From a bacterium (lineage in GTDB: Bacteria > Patescibacteriota > Minisyncoccia > Phycocordibacterales > UBA918): 55,755 nucleotides of DNA. Positions 1-8,094 of this stretch are shown piece by piece (position 1 is the stretch's first letter; each line of letters opens with the position of its first letter). The translations under genes and the position numbers were made by a program. The DNA lies in the NCBI GenBank assembly GCA_030430425.1, contig JAUIFS010000002.1:1-55755 (forward strand), written 5' to 3'. The notes under the pieces were generated by a model, which saw only the letters and a list, made by a program, of their open reading frames with translations, was not told the DNA's origin and did no database searches.

Positions 1-2004
1 GAGAAAGAGATCCTTACTCTCGACCTTGGTCTCTTGGTTGCAGGGACAAAGTTTCGTGGAGAGTTTGAGGAGCGACTGAAGGCAGTTATGAAAGAAGTTG
101 AGACTGCGCAAGGAAGTGTCATTCTGTTTATTGATGAGCTACATACTATTGTGGGCGCAGGAGCCTCAGAGGGATCGATGGACGCCTCAAACATGCTCAA
201 GCCTGCACTTGCACGTGGTGAGATTCGCATTATCGGTGCAACGACACTGAAGGAATATCAGAAACATATTGAGAAGGATCCAGCACTGACACGGCGATTT
301 CAGCCAGTGCACGTACTGGAACCAACCCAAGAAGATGCAATTGCTATTTTGCGCGGTATTGCAGAGAAGTATGAGCTGTTCCATGGGGTGCGTATCACTG
401 ACGACGCTATCGTGTCAGCGGTAAACTTCTCAAGTCGGTACATTACCGATCGATTCTTACCCGATAAAGCAGTAGATCTTATCGATGAAGCGGCTTCAGC
501 CCTTCGTATTTCGCTTGAAAACAAACCTGAAGAGCTTGTGCTTGCTGATCGCGACGTGCGACGTCTTGAGATCGAAAAGGAAGCATTGAAGAAAGATGAA
601 GAGTCCGCTGAAGCTGCAGCGAAACGAAAGCTTCGTGCACGGTTACGTGAAATTGATGCAGAGATCGGTGAACTTCGTGAAAAAACTGCTGCACTTGAGA
701 CAAAATGGAATAATGAGAAAGAAGCGCTTGATGACATGCGAAGACTGAAAAAAGAGCTTGAAGAATTACGTATTGAAGCAGAAAACGCCGAAGCAATGGC
801 TGATCTCACACGGGCAGCAGAAATACGCTATGACACTATCCCCGCGGTAGAGAAAGAACTTGAAGCAAAAATGAAACGTCTAAAAAAACTACAACGCTCA
901 CGACGTCTTCTGAAAGAAGAGATTACCGAAGAAGACATTGCTTCTGTGGTGTCGCGATGGACGGGTATCCCTGTTGCACGCATGATGGAAGAGGAAGCAA
1001 AGAAACTAGCACGTATGGAAGAAGACCTACAAGAACATATCGTTGGACAAGATCATGCGGTACAACTTGTGTCTGACGCAGTGAAGCGGTCACGGGCAGG
1101 TATTGCTGACCCTAACCGACCAATAGGCTCGTTCTTGTTCCTTGGGCCAACTGGTGTTGGGAAGACTGAGCTCTCAAAGGTGCTTGCGGAGTTTATGTTT
1201 GATGACCCAGAAGCGCTTTTGCGTATCGACATGTCTGAGTTTATGGAGAAGCACTCCGTTTCAAAAATAATCGGTTCACCCCCAGGATATGTTGGGCACG
1301 ATGAAAGTGGCTCTATCACTGAAAAGGTGCGCCATCGACCATATTCAGTTATCTTGCTTGATGAAGTAGAGAAGGCACATCCTGAAGTGTTTAATGTGCT
1401 GTTGCAGGTGCTTGACTCAGGTCACCTTACCGATGCAAAAGGACGCAAGGTAAATTTCAAGAACACCATTATCATCATGACCTCAAACATTGGTGCAGAG
1501 CATATTGACCGCATGTCTAACTTTGGTTTCAGTGGACAGCGTGATGATGCATCACAGTATCTACAAGCAAAAGACAAGGTGATGGATAGTTTGAAGAATT
1601 ATTTCCGTCCGGAGTTTCTGAATCGGCTCGACGAAATCATTGTCTTCGATATTCTTTCACAATCAACCATTCGCTCTATTGTGGAGATGCAGGTACAAGA
1701 TGTACAAAACCGACTTGCAGCGAAAGACATTAAGCTCACACTTGCAAAAGATGTCTATGACTATCTTGCACAGGAAGGGTATGATCCACGTTTTGGAGCT
1801 CGTCCACTTAAGCGGGTGATTCAAAGCAAAATCCTCACCCCGGTGGCGTCACAAATGGTAGGTCAAGGTATGCTGCAAGGAGGCACGGTAAAGGTAAGTA
1901 TGCAAAAAGGGAAGCAGGAGCTCACCTTTGATGTACAAAAGAAGGGGAGTAAAAAGAAAACGGTAAAGAAGACAGTAAAGAAAAAAGTTGCAACTACCGC
2001 ATAA
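1..2004 (+). CDS. clpB: ClpB-type AAA+ disaggregase (5' end outside window)
   Basis: Frame 1 is open from nt 1 ([27 protein letters not shown]), so the TTG at 34 in the ORF track is internal. D1 Walker [15 protein letters not shown] region, long coiled-coil M-domain, D2 Walker [10 protein letters not shown], Walker [12 protein letters not shown]. Lys-rich tail [17 protein letters not shown]. Confidence 0.95.
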   Translation, partial: EKEILTLDLGLLVAGTKFRGEFEERLKAVMKEVETAQGSVILFIDELHTIVGAGASEGSMDASNMLKPALARGEIRIIGATTLKEYQKHIEKDPALTRRFQPVHVLEPTQEDAIAILRGIAEKYELFHGVRITDDAIVSAVNFSSRYITDRFLPDKAVDLIDEAASALRISLENKPEELVLADRDVRRLEIEKEALKKDEESAEAAAKRKLRARLREIDAEIGELREKTAALETKWNNEKEALDDMRRLKKELEELRIEAENAEAMADLTRAAEIRYDTIPAVEKELEAKMKRLKKLQRSRRLLKEEITEEDIASVVSRWTGIPVARMMEEEAKKLARMEEDLQEHIVGQDHAVQLVSDAVKRSRAGIADPNRPIGSFLFLGPTGVGKTELSKVLAEFMFDDPEALLRIDMSEFMEKHSVSKIIGSPPGYVGHDESGSITEKVRHRPYSVILLDEVEKAHPEVFNVLLQVLDSGHLTDAKGRKVNFKNTIIIMTSNIGAEHIDRMSNFGFSGQRDDASQYLQAKDKVMDSLKNYFRPEFLNRLDEIIVFDILSQSTIRSIVEMQVQDVQNRLAAKDIKLTLAKDVYDYLAQEGYDPRFGARPLKRVIQSKILTPVASQMVGQGMLQGGTVKVSMQKGKQELTFDVQKKGSKKKTVKKTVKKKVATTA

Positions 2005-2013
2005 TATAAAGAA

Positions 2014-2047
2014 ATGCCCGAAGCTCACGCTTCGGGCATTTTAGTTT
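2014..2047. terminator. Bidirectional hairpin terminator between convergent clpB and hydrolase gene
   Basis: 11-bp stem atgcccgaagc/gcttcgggcat (2014-2024/2029-2039), loop tcac, A-run before and T-run after. Confidence 0.7.
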
Positions 2048-2739
2048 TGCGAACGAATGTACTGCAGGACACTTCCGTCGGTATCGAGCAGAGGGAGTTC
2101 ATGACCATAGCCTTGTACAGCCACAGGTTTGATTCCAGCTCGCTTTGCCATATGGAGCGTCACGTCTTCAGGGATAACCTCGTCGTCCGGTGTGTAGTAA
2201 AGACTAAGTCGCGTACGGTCAAACCCTCTAGGGATGCGTATGGCACCATCGCCCGACTCAAGCATGGCAGTGGTGTCTTCAGAGACCTCAGGGTTAAAGT
2301 CTGAGATGTGCTGCTGAATCTCCCGTATTGCTGCTGAGCGCAAGAGCGTCTTCTGCATTGGTGGAAACATAAGTTTCAGTGCATATGAAGCAGTGCGATG
2401 AAAGTTTCTCCGTGGTGGTCCGTGGAACACCCCAGGAGTAATCATCACGATGTTTCGTACCAAGCCAGGTGTGAGCTTGTCTGCAAGCTTTGCAACATGC
2501 AAACTTACCGGAGCTGCCATAGACCATGCGTAGAGGTCAACTGGTCGATCAAGTTCTTTTAGTCTTTCAAAGATGCGTACACCGTACTGTTGCAAAACAA
2601 ACGGCATCCGTGTAGTGCATCTGTGGAAGTTACCACGTTCGTAATCAATCGGGTGCAAAAGTGGATCGTCTTTTGCTTGGAGCGGCCACATGCTCGATGC
2701 ATTGTGCGCCGCCCCAGGGAGAAGTGCAATGTCATGCAT
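2041..2739 (-). CDS. alpha/beta-fold hydrolase-like protein
   Basis: ORF 2041-2811. Met25 (2739) is preferred because 2800-2824 is a terminator hairpin for the upstream gene. Nucleophile-elbow-like AWSMA and a late GYGHELP His. Family not assignable by eye. Confidence 0.55.
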   Translation of the reverse strand: MHDIALLPGAAHNASSMWPLQAKDDPLLHPIDYERGNFHRCTTRMPFVLQQYGVRIFERLKELDRPVDLYAWSMAAPVSLHVAKLADKLTPGLVRNIVMITPGVFHGPPRRNFHRTASYALKLMFPPMQKTLLRSAAIREIQQHISDFNPEVSEDTTAMLESGDGAIRIPRGFDRTRLSLYYTPDDEVIPEDVTLHMAKRAGIKPVAVQGYGHELPLLDTDGSVLQYIRSQN

Positions 2740-2799
2740 AGCGTGTTCCTTGTACTGTGTCTGTACTGAGTATACGTGTTTTGTATATTTTGTATAGAA

Positions 2800-2824
2800 A
2801 AATCGGCCCAAACAGGGCCGATTT
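2800..2824 (-). terminator. Hairpin terminator of the 2828-3379 gene
   Basis: 10-bp stem aaatcggccc/gggccgattt with loop aaaca, followed by a T-run on the minus strand. Confidence 0.6.
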
Positions 2825-2827
2825 GTT

Positions 2828-3379
2828 TCATTTATAGGAACTTTTCAACGTATCCCAATTGAGACCTGCGCTCAGCTTCGGACCCTGTTGCAGATCGATG
2901 ATCTGACAACGTGCCGTGGTGTGCACGGTAAAAACAGTTCTTTTGCCCGCAGCATCCTTCGCAACTACAACCACTTGGTAGATGGTTCTCTTTTTTCCTG
3001 CAAGAAACTTGGAATATTTTTTCCGCAGTTCTGCTGTTACGGTGGTACTTGCGGTGTCGAGTTTGTTTTTGGATTGCTTGCTGACGGCACGAAGCCGGCT
3101 GTAGAACAGGTTGATGCCATGCTTGCGCATGCGTGGGTTTGCATGGTCCCACCCTTCATTCACACGACGATCGTGATACAGATAGCTCCCAAGAATGTCT
3201 TCGTTCGTATACCGGTCAAACAATGCCCGCAGCTCACGTTCTGTTTTTTGTTGTGGTAGTTTTGCAAGTCCTTGCTGGATACATTTATTGATAGTTTCCA
3301 TCGCTTCAGCGGATGCACTTGGTGGCAACAGCCAAACAAATGTAAGCAACAGTATGCCCAAAAATCGTGAAAAGAACAT
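2828..3379 (-). CDS. secreted hypothetical protein (signal peptide)
   Basis: N-terminal MFFSRFLGILLLTFVWLLPPSASAEA signal-like sequence. No catalytic motif recognised. Only a vague MlaC/Ttg2D-like layout, see rejected list. Confidence 0.6.
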   Translation of the reverse strand: MFFSRFLGILLLTFVWLLPPSASAEAMETINKCIQQGLAKLPQQKTERELRALFDRYTNEDILGSYLYHDRRVNEGWDHANPRMRKHGINLFYSRLRAVSKQSKNKLDTASTTVTAELRKKYSKFLAGKKRTIYQVVVVAKDAAGKRTVFTVHTTARCQIIDLQQGPKLSAGLNWDTLKSSYK

Positions 3380-3510
3380 GGTAATACCCTCCGTTTCTTC
3401 TTCTGTATTTCATCATATAAAGCTTGTTGTGTTGGTCAACACAAGTATTGCAATAGCAAATGTTTTAAGAATATGTCAACAGCTAACGATATTTTTACTC
3501 TGTGTAAAAG

Positions 3511-3535
3511 AAAGCGCCTTCGCTGAAGGCGCTTT
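3511..3535. terminator. Hairpin terminator
   Basis: 11-bp stem aaagcgccttc/gaaggcgcttt, 3-nt loop, immediately downstream (minus sense) of the 3539-3757 small ORF. Confidence 0.55.
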
Positions 3536-3538
3536 GAG

Positions 3539-3757
3539 TTATTGTGCAAGCAATAAGTCGACAGTTTTTATGAGCTCGTCACGGTTTATTGCCTTTTTTG
3601 AAAAAGAGGGATCGCGAGCCTGCATCGAGCGTATGGCGCGGTCCGCTATTTGCTCGGTAAGAGCTGTATACGCTTCTTAGGCTCCTGCTTTTCGAGTTGC
3701 AATGAATTGTGGTGTTGCACGTGAAGCCATCATTTGTTCCTTTATCTGAGAAGACAT
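3539..3757 (-). pseudogene. 72-codon small ORF interrupted by one in-frame TAA
   Basis: Minus-strand ATG at 3757 reads MSSQIKEQMMASRATPQFIATRKAGA, TAA at 3679-3677, then the same frame continues EAYTALTEQIADRAIRSMQARDPSFSKKAINRDELIKTVDLLLAQ to TAA at 3541-3539. A terminator follows. Confidence 0.3.
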
Positions 3758-3959
3758 TTCATCTATAAAAGACAATAGCATAAAAAAAGTATAAGTGGAG
3801 GAATTTTTCTGCTTCTGCACACGCAGATGCAAGAGGTGAAAACGTCAATAATAGAGTCAGATTACTGTTTCTTGCCGAGTTTTATACGAAAAAAGGAAGA
3901 AGTTTTTATATAAACAAAGCAGCCCCAATCATCGGAGAAGGGGCTGTCGCATCGAGAGC

Positions 3960-4376
3960 TTATACTGAGTGAGCTCGCCATCTTTTTTTGGTCAGAACCC
4001 GCTCACGGATGTGGTGAGAAAGAAACGACCAGGCAAAGGAAGCGGTTGGTTCAAACCTTCTCTCGTAGAGACCGTCCTCGTCCCTGTCCCATTCAGAATA
4101 TCCGGTGAGTAGGATGACGGCTTCAAATCCGTACTTCTCTACGAATGTGTGGTTTGGGACGCGAAGTTCACCTTTGAAACGAGCTGTCGTCTTCAGTTCT
4201 GTACCCATTCCATCATCAGTTTCGATGGTTTTCGCTACGGCGATTTCACGCCATGCCCACTCAAACTCTTCATGTGGTTTGATAACTTCGCTGTGTTGAC
4301 GCACGAGCGTGTTCACAACCGGCAACAGCTTTTCAGTTGTGTCGGTGGTGCGAAGCTTTGTCTTAAAACGAGCCAT
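3960..4376 (-). CDS. hypothetical protein (138 aa)
   Basis: Clean ORF with GGAGG 9 nt upstream of the ATG (ccttGGAGGattaaaccaATG on the minus strand). Hairpin cagcccc/ggggctg downstream. No recognisable domain. Confidence 0.6.
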   Translation of the reverse strand: MARFKTKLRTTDTTEKLLPVVNTLVRQHSEVIKPHEEFEWAWREIAVAKTIETDDGMGTELKTTARFKGELRVPNHTFVEKYGFEAVILLTGYSEWDRDEDGLYERRFEPTASFAWSFLSHHIRERVLTKKRWRAHSV

Positions 4377-4517
4377 TGGTTTAATCCTCCAAGGATTTTC
4401 GAGGGCACTATGCTTCTCGAAATCACTGCCACAGTGATTCTTTAATAATACACTATAAACAGTATTATGTCAAGGGAAATGGGGTCAGCCACCATTTTAT
4501 AATGTCACTTTCTCCCA

Positions 4518-4573
4518 GCGCACGAACAAAAATAGCATTCACAAAGGTGAATGCTATTTTTGTATTCGTGCGC
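4518..4573. repeat. 56-nt near-perfect hairpin (16 bp + 2-nt bulge + 9 bp)
   Basis: gcgcacgaacaaaaatagcattcac / gtgaatgctatttttg(ta)ttcgtgcgc, loop aaag. The right arm runs into a degenerate copy of the tRNA-Tyr 3' end (gtgcgccgg at 4568-4576). Confidence 0.7.
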
Positions 4574-4690
4574 CGGAATTCGAGACGTTCGAACATCCAT
4601 ACTAGAAGCTGACTATTGTTTTCTCCCAAGATGTATACAAGAAAAGGTTGGTTTAGAGACTTGCTACCAACAATGCTATGATTATTTTCT

Positions 4691-5071
4691 ATGAAGGATT
4701 TTGATACATGGAATGGTCACAAGAAAGCCATCAATGACGGAGAAGGTAAATTATACTCCGAACGTGACATCTGGTGGTGTTCGCTCGGTGTGAATGTTGG
4801 ATTTGAGCAAGATGGCACAGGGAAGTCATATGAACGACCAGTGGTAGTATTGAGGGGATTTAGTCGGGCTGTGTGTCTCGTGGTTCCACTTACCACTTCA
4901 ACCAAAGAAAACAAGTATCATATCTCACTTGGGGAAGTAGATGGTAAACCAGCAGCAGCGATTATTTCTCAGGTACGGCTCATCGACACTAAACGCTTCA
5001 TCGACAAGATTGGAATGCTTGATAAGGAAAAATTTGCTGAAATAAAAAACGCCGTCAAAGGGTTACTCTAA
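4691..5071 (+). CDS. PemK/MazF-family toxin-like protein, no cognate antitoxin gene visible
   Basis: Family-typical pattern: FDTWNGHKK..., RDIWWCSLGVNVGFEQDGTGKSYERPVVVL, VVPLTTS, ISQVRLIDTKRFIDKIG. The 245 nt upstream holds only a 16-codon ORF. Confidence 0.75.
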   Translation: MKDFDTWNGHKKAINDGEGKLYSERDIWWCSLGVNVGFEQDGTGKSYERPVVVLRGFSRAVCLVVPLTTSTKENKYHISLGEVDGKPAAAIISQVRLIDTKRFIDKIGMLDKEKFAEIKNAVKGLL

Positions 5072-5196
5072 CGACATTTTTTGTTCTCCCACCGAAGTGG
5101 GCGAGGCCGAAGCCATTTGTACATACATAGTACCTACCTATAGGTATATAGTCAAGCGTTTGCATTTACACTAATTTGTTATTTTTTCTTTACCTG

Positions 5197-5218
5197 TGTG
5201 CGCCGGGAGGGATTCGAA
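5197..5218 (-). repeat. Exact 22-nt direct copy of the tRNA-Tyr 3' end (att-like)
   Basis: tgtgcgccgggagggattcgaa at 5197-5218 is identical to 5551-5572 (last 20 nt of tRNA-Tyr plus 2 flanking nt), in the same orientation. Confidence 0.9.
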
Positions 5219-5484
5219 GTTTACTTTCAAACGATACGAGTGATATAGAAATTTATTTATATATCCGAGTGAGTGGCGAAAGAAAGTTTATTTACAACTT
5301 CAGTATAGGTTGTCGATATTTTGCGCCTTACGTCACAAAGTGTCATTCAATCTTTTCGGATTCGTGAGCAAATTTGTGGGGTCAAGTTTGTAACTCACTA
5401 CGTTCATAACAACTTCCTCCCCGGTCTCGACTGTTTTTGTCCTAGGAAGGCACAAAAACATGTCTCCGACTCGCACAAAAGCAC

Positions 5485-5545
5485 GAAAGCAAAAAGGTTT
5501 GCTTTCTACAACAAAACACACATCCTAGGATGTGTGTTTTGTTGT
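5485..5545 (-). terminator. Bipartite hairpin module downstream of tRNA-Tyr
   Basis: 38-nt perfect palindrome acaacaaaacacacatcctaggatgtgtgttttgttgt (5508-5545) plus a 9-bp hairpin gaaagcaaa/tttgctttc (5485-5506). The same architecture follows tRNA-Trp. Confidence 0.7.
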
Positions 5546-5552
5546 ACTTTTG

Positions 5553-5635
5553 TGCGCCGGGAGGGATTCGAACCCCCGTAGGATAAATCCGACAGGTTTA
5601 CAGCCTGTTGCAATTGACCGCTCTGCCACCGACGC
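5553..5635 (-). tRNA. tRNA-Tyr (anticodon GTA), long variable arm, no encoded CCA
   Basis: Hand-folded: acceptor GCGTCGG/CCGGCGC (one G-T pair), D arm GCAG..TGC, anticodon arm ACAGG-CTGTAAA-CCTGT, long variable arm, T arm GGGGG-TTCGAAT-CCCTC, discriminator A. Confidence 0.92.
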
Positions 5636-5725
5636 GTGATACATAGCAGTATACCGCTAAGTGGGCTATACGTTATCACATATTCAGCAGAGATGAAAGA
5701 GGTATTTCTGTTACAATTGTAGGTA

Positions 5726-6778
5726 ATGAAATGGGGTAGACAAATACTCATTATTTTCTTCTGTGTAACAGTTTTTTTTAGTGCTGCAGCGGGAGTGCGG
5801 GCACAGGGATCACTCACGCAGCCAGTGGCAGACGACTCGTTGTATCCAGCGGGAGGCATTGTCCCGAGTGGCACCGGAGACTTTACACCAGAAGGCTATG
5901 GAAGCTGTGAGCTTGTAGAGATGGTTAATAACGTCATGCAATTTTTGATTGCGGTCAGCATCATCATTGCGGTGATTGTCTTTATTTTTGCTGGCTACCT
6001 TATGGTGTATTCGCGTGGTGACGCGGGACAGATACAGCGTGCGAAGGGACTGTTTGGGAATGTGCTTATGGGTGTTTTGCTGCTTCTTACTGCATACCTC
6101 ATCATCAATACTATCCTTGGTGTTTTACTCGGAAGTACGTCAGCAGCGCTTAACTGGAAAACTATTGAATGCTCGTATGCAAATGAGGTGGGGAAAGCGG
6201 CTGCATATAATGTAGAACTTACATACAGTGAGGTTGATTGGGTGGTGGTAGATAAATACACTGGTTTTTCAGGCTCTGGGGGCACAGGAGGTACTGGATC
6301 TAGTGGAGGTGGGAGTTGTACGGTGCCTTCTGACACAGGCAATGCTTGTCATCCAAACAATCTAAGCTGTTTTGGAAGTAAAGCTGCTGAGGCATCACAG
6401 GTTTGTAGCTTGGAAAGTGGCGGAGGAAATATAAAAGCAGTTTCAGGGACTGATAGGTGCAAGGATGGAACGTCCTTTTCCGGTGGGTTGTTCCAGGTGA
6501 ATATTTTGGCGCACTATAATAATATCCCAGGCTGTTCTAATGACTTCTTTAGAAAGAACGGTTCGGGTACGCAGGGTACTTGTTTGCGAGAAGCTGGTCC
6601 GGCTAATAATCCATACTGTGCAGTGCGCGATTGTGAAATTACAAAACCGCAGGTGTACAAAGCATGCATGAATGCAGTGTTTGATCCGAATTGGAATATT
6701 TCCTATGCGTGTAAGTTGTACAGTAGTGCCGGCTCTTTTAGAGACTGGGCTTATTCGGCTAATAAATGTGGCGTATGA
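5726..6778 (+). CDS. VirB2/TrbC-like two-helix pilin module fused to SLT-type lytic transglycosylase domain
   Basis: Signal peptide, Cys61, TM1, conserved SRGD loop, TM2, NWKTIEC, Gly/Ser linker GSGGTGGTGSSGGGS. The Cys-rich C-terminal domain has SLESGGG (catalytic Glu-Ser) and GGLFQVN (GLMQ-type) motifs. Confidence 0.8.
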   Translation: MKWGRQILIIFFCVTVFFSAAAGVRAQGSLTQPVADDSLYPAGGIVPSGTGDFTPEGYGSCELVEMVNNVMQFLIAVSIIIAVIVFIFAGYLMVYSRGDAGQIQRAKGLFGNVLMGVLLLLTAYLIINTILGVLLGSTSAALNWKTIECSYANEVGKAAAYNVELTYSEVDWVVVDKYTGFSGSGGTGGTGSSGGGSCTVPSDTGNACHPNNLSCFGSKAAEASQVCSLESGGGNIKAVSGTDRCKDGTSFSGGLFQVNILAHYNNIPGCSNDFFRKNGSGTQGTCLREAGPANNPYCAVRDCEITKPQVYKACMNAVFDPNWNISYACKLYSSAGSFRDWAYSANKCGV

Positions 6779-7275
6779 AATCAGCAAAGTACATAATACT
6801 TGCTTTTTGTGTGGTTATTATCACTGCAGCGGGAATAAAAAATATTTTCTTTTCCTCAGAAAATGATAATCAGATTGTTACCGCACTCCCAGAGTCTCCA
6901 GTGGGTGAATACATCCCCTATACTGACGCACAGGTATTCCAGAGCAAAACAGGAGTCCCACTTTCAGCAGTCGCGTTGGTTGACGATCCGTTAACAGAAC
7001 AGCTTGCAGATGATTTTTATGTGCTCACAGAAGACTCTGAGACATATGATATTTTTTACCACCAAGATAGTGGTATTGTTACTATAATGTTATACAAAGA
7101 GCCACTTGCGTTTACGCGTAGCTTAGCAGAAAGACGCTTAAAAGAAACATTGTCTTTTTCAGAGGAGGAGTTGTGTGATATGCAGGTGAGCGTTTCAACT
7201 AATGAGTATGTAAATGCGGGATATACAGGAATTAATCTCGGTTTAAGCTTTTGTGATGGTTCGATATCTCTATAA
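6775..7275 (+). CDS. membrane-anchored hypothetical protein (accessory A)
   Basis: ATG at 6775 overlaps the upstream TGA (ATGA), suggesting translational coupling. N-terminal TM YIILAFCVVIITAAGI. No recognisable domain. Confidence 0.65.
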   Translation: MKSAKYIILAFCVVIITAAGIKNIFFSSENDNQIVTALPESPVGEYIPYTDAQVFQSKTGVPLSAVALVDDPLTEQLADDFYVLTEDSETYDIFYHQDSGIVTIMLYKEPLAFTRSLAERRLKETLSFSEEELCDMQVSVSTNEYVNAGYTGINLGLSFCDGSISL

Positions 7276-7278
7276 ATT

Positions 7279-8082
7279 ATGAAATACATTTCTTTACTTT
7301 TCATACTAGCATTCGTTTTCTTTCCAGAATCAGCACTGGCACTTGACCCACTTTTTACCTGTCACGTGGGTAGTGAGTGCAACTTCTGCGACTTAGCAAA
7401 TATGATAGAAAATGTTGCTGATTGGACGACACTTGTTGCAACACTCATCGCAGTCATTGGCTTAATGTACTCAGGCTTTCGTATGTCCGCTTCACGAGGC
7501 GACGTGCAGGCGTTTACCGCTGCAAAGCAAATGTTTGGTAACATTGCCGTTGGATTAGTGATTATTATGACTGCATGGATCATTGTCGATACAATCGTAA
7601 AAGCACTTGCAGGGGGCGATTTTGGCGTATGGAACAGCTTCGACGGTGACTGTGGAGCTATGTTTGCACCAGGAAAGGCTGAAGAAGGGATTAATTTGAA
7701 TGTAGAAACGGTTGATGTTATTGAGTCACCCGAAACAGTCATATATGAATATCAGTCATCTACGGGGGTAAGCAACGTATCTTCTTTTTCTGGTAATCTT
7801 GTAACGTATGATGGACACCAATTTGATGAAAACATCATAAGTCAGGTTAATTATATTTCTCGAACATATGGTCTGCGTGTCTCAGGTGGACATCGTACAA
7901 AAGAACGTAATGCAGCGGTCGGTGGAGTCCCTAATTCACTGCACTTAAGTGGTCGTGCAGCTGATTTTGTCGGTCCACGAGAAAGAATGGAAGCAGCAGC
8001 GTCATGGGCGCGTGGCAACGGTGCAAAAGAGGTGCTTATTCATGATGCTGGTTCTGGTACCCACCTTCATGTGGGGTGGTAA
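7279..8082 (+). CDS. pilin-like module fused to M15A (YcbK/DUF882-type) zinc peptidase domain
   Basis: Signal peptide, TCHVGSECNFCDL, TM1, SRGD, TM2, WNSFDGDC. C-terminal SGGHRTKERNAAVGGVPNSLHLSGRAADF ... HLHVGW gives an H/D/H zinc-ligand pattern. Confidence 0.8.
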   Translation: MKYISLLFILAFVFFPESALALDPLFTCHVGSECNFCDLANMIENVADWTTLVATLIAVIGLMYSGFRMSASRGDVQAFTAAKQMFGNIAVGLVIIMTAWIIVDTIVKALAGGDFGVWNSFDGDCGAMFAPGKAEEGINLNVETVDVIESPETVIYEYQSSTGVSNVSSFSGNLVTYDGHQFDENIISQVNYISRTYGLRVSGGHRTKERNAAVGGVPNSLHLSGRAADFVGPRERMEAAASWARGNGAKEVLIHDAGSGTHLHVGW

Positions 8083-8094
8083 TTATTTTAATGT

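Noticed and set aside
300-809. 169-aa and 105-aa antisense ORFs inside clpB
   Set aside because: They lie opposite the coiled-coil M-domain of a well-supported gene. Their products are Ser/Ala/Arg-rich low complexity with no start signals.
2828-3379. MlaC/Ttg2D-like lipid-binding protein
   Set aside because: There is only a vague similarity in length and layout, with no diagnostic motif, and an outer-membrane lipid-transport component would be odd in this organism. It is left as a hypothetical secreted protein.
3195-3680. 161-aa plus-strand ORF
   Set aside because: It overlaps the signal-peptide gene at 2828-3379 on the other strand and runs straight through the 3511-3535 terminator hairpin.
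5176-5581. ORFs of 62-86 aa in the tRNA-Tyr downstream islet
   Set aside because: They cross the att-like repeat, the terminator palindromes or the tRNA itself, and none has convincing signals. A 24-codon SD-preceded peptide is too short to support.
6011-6022. RGD tripeptide (in SRGD) as an integrin-type adhesion motif
   Set aside because: The motif lies in the short loop predicted to face the cytoplasm, and such motifs have no meaning in a bacterial host context. It is treated only as a conserved loop signature.
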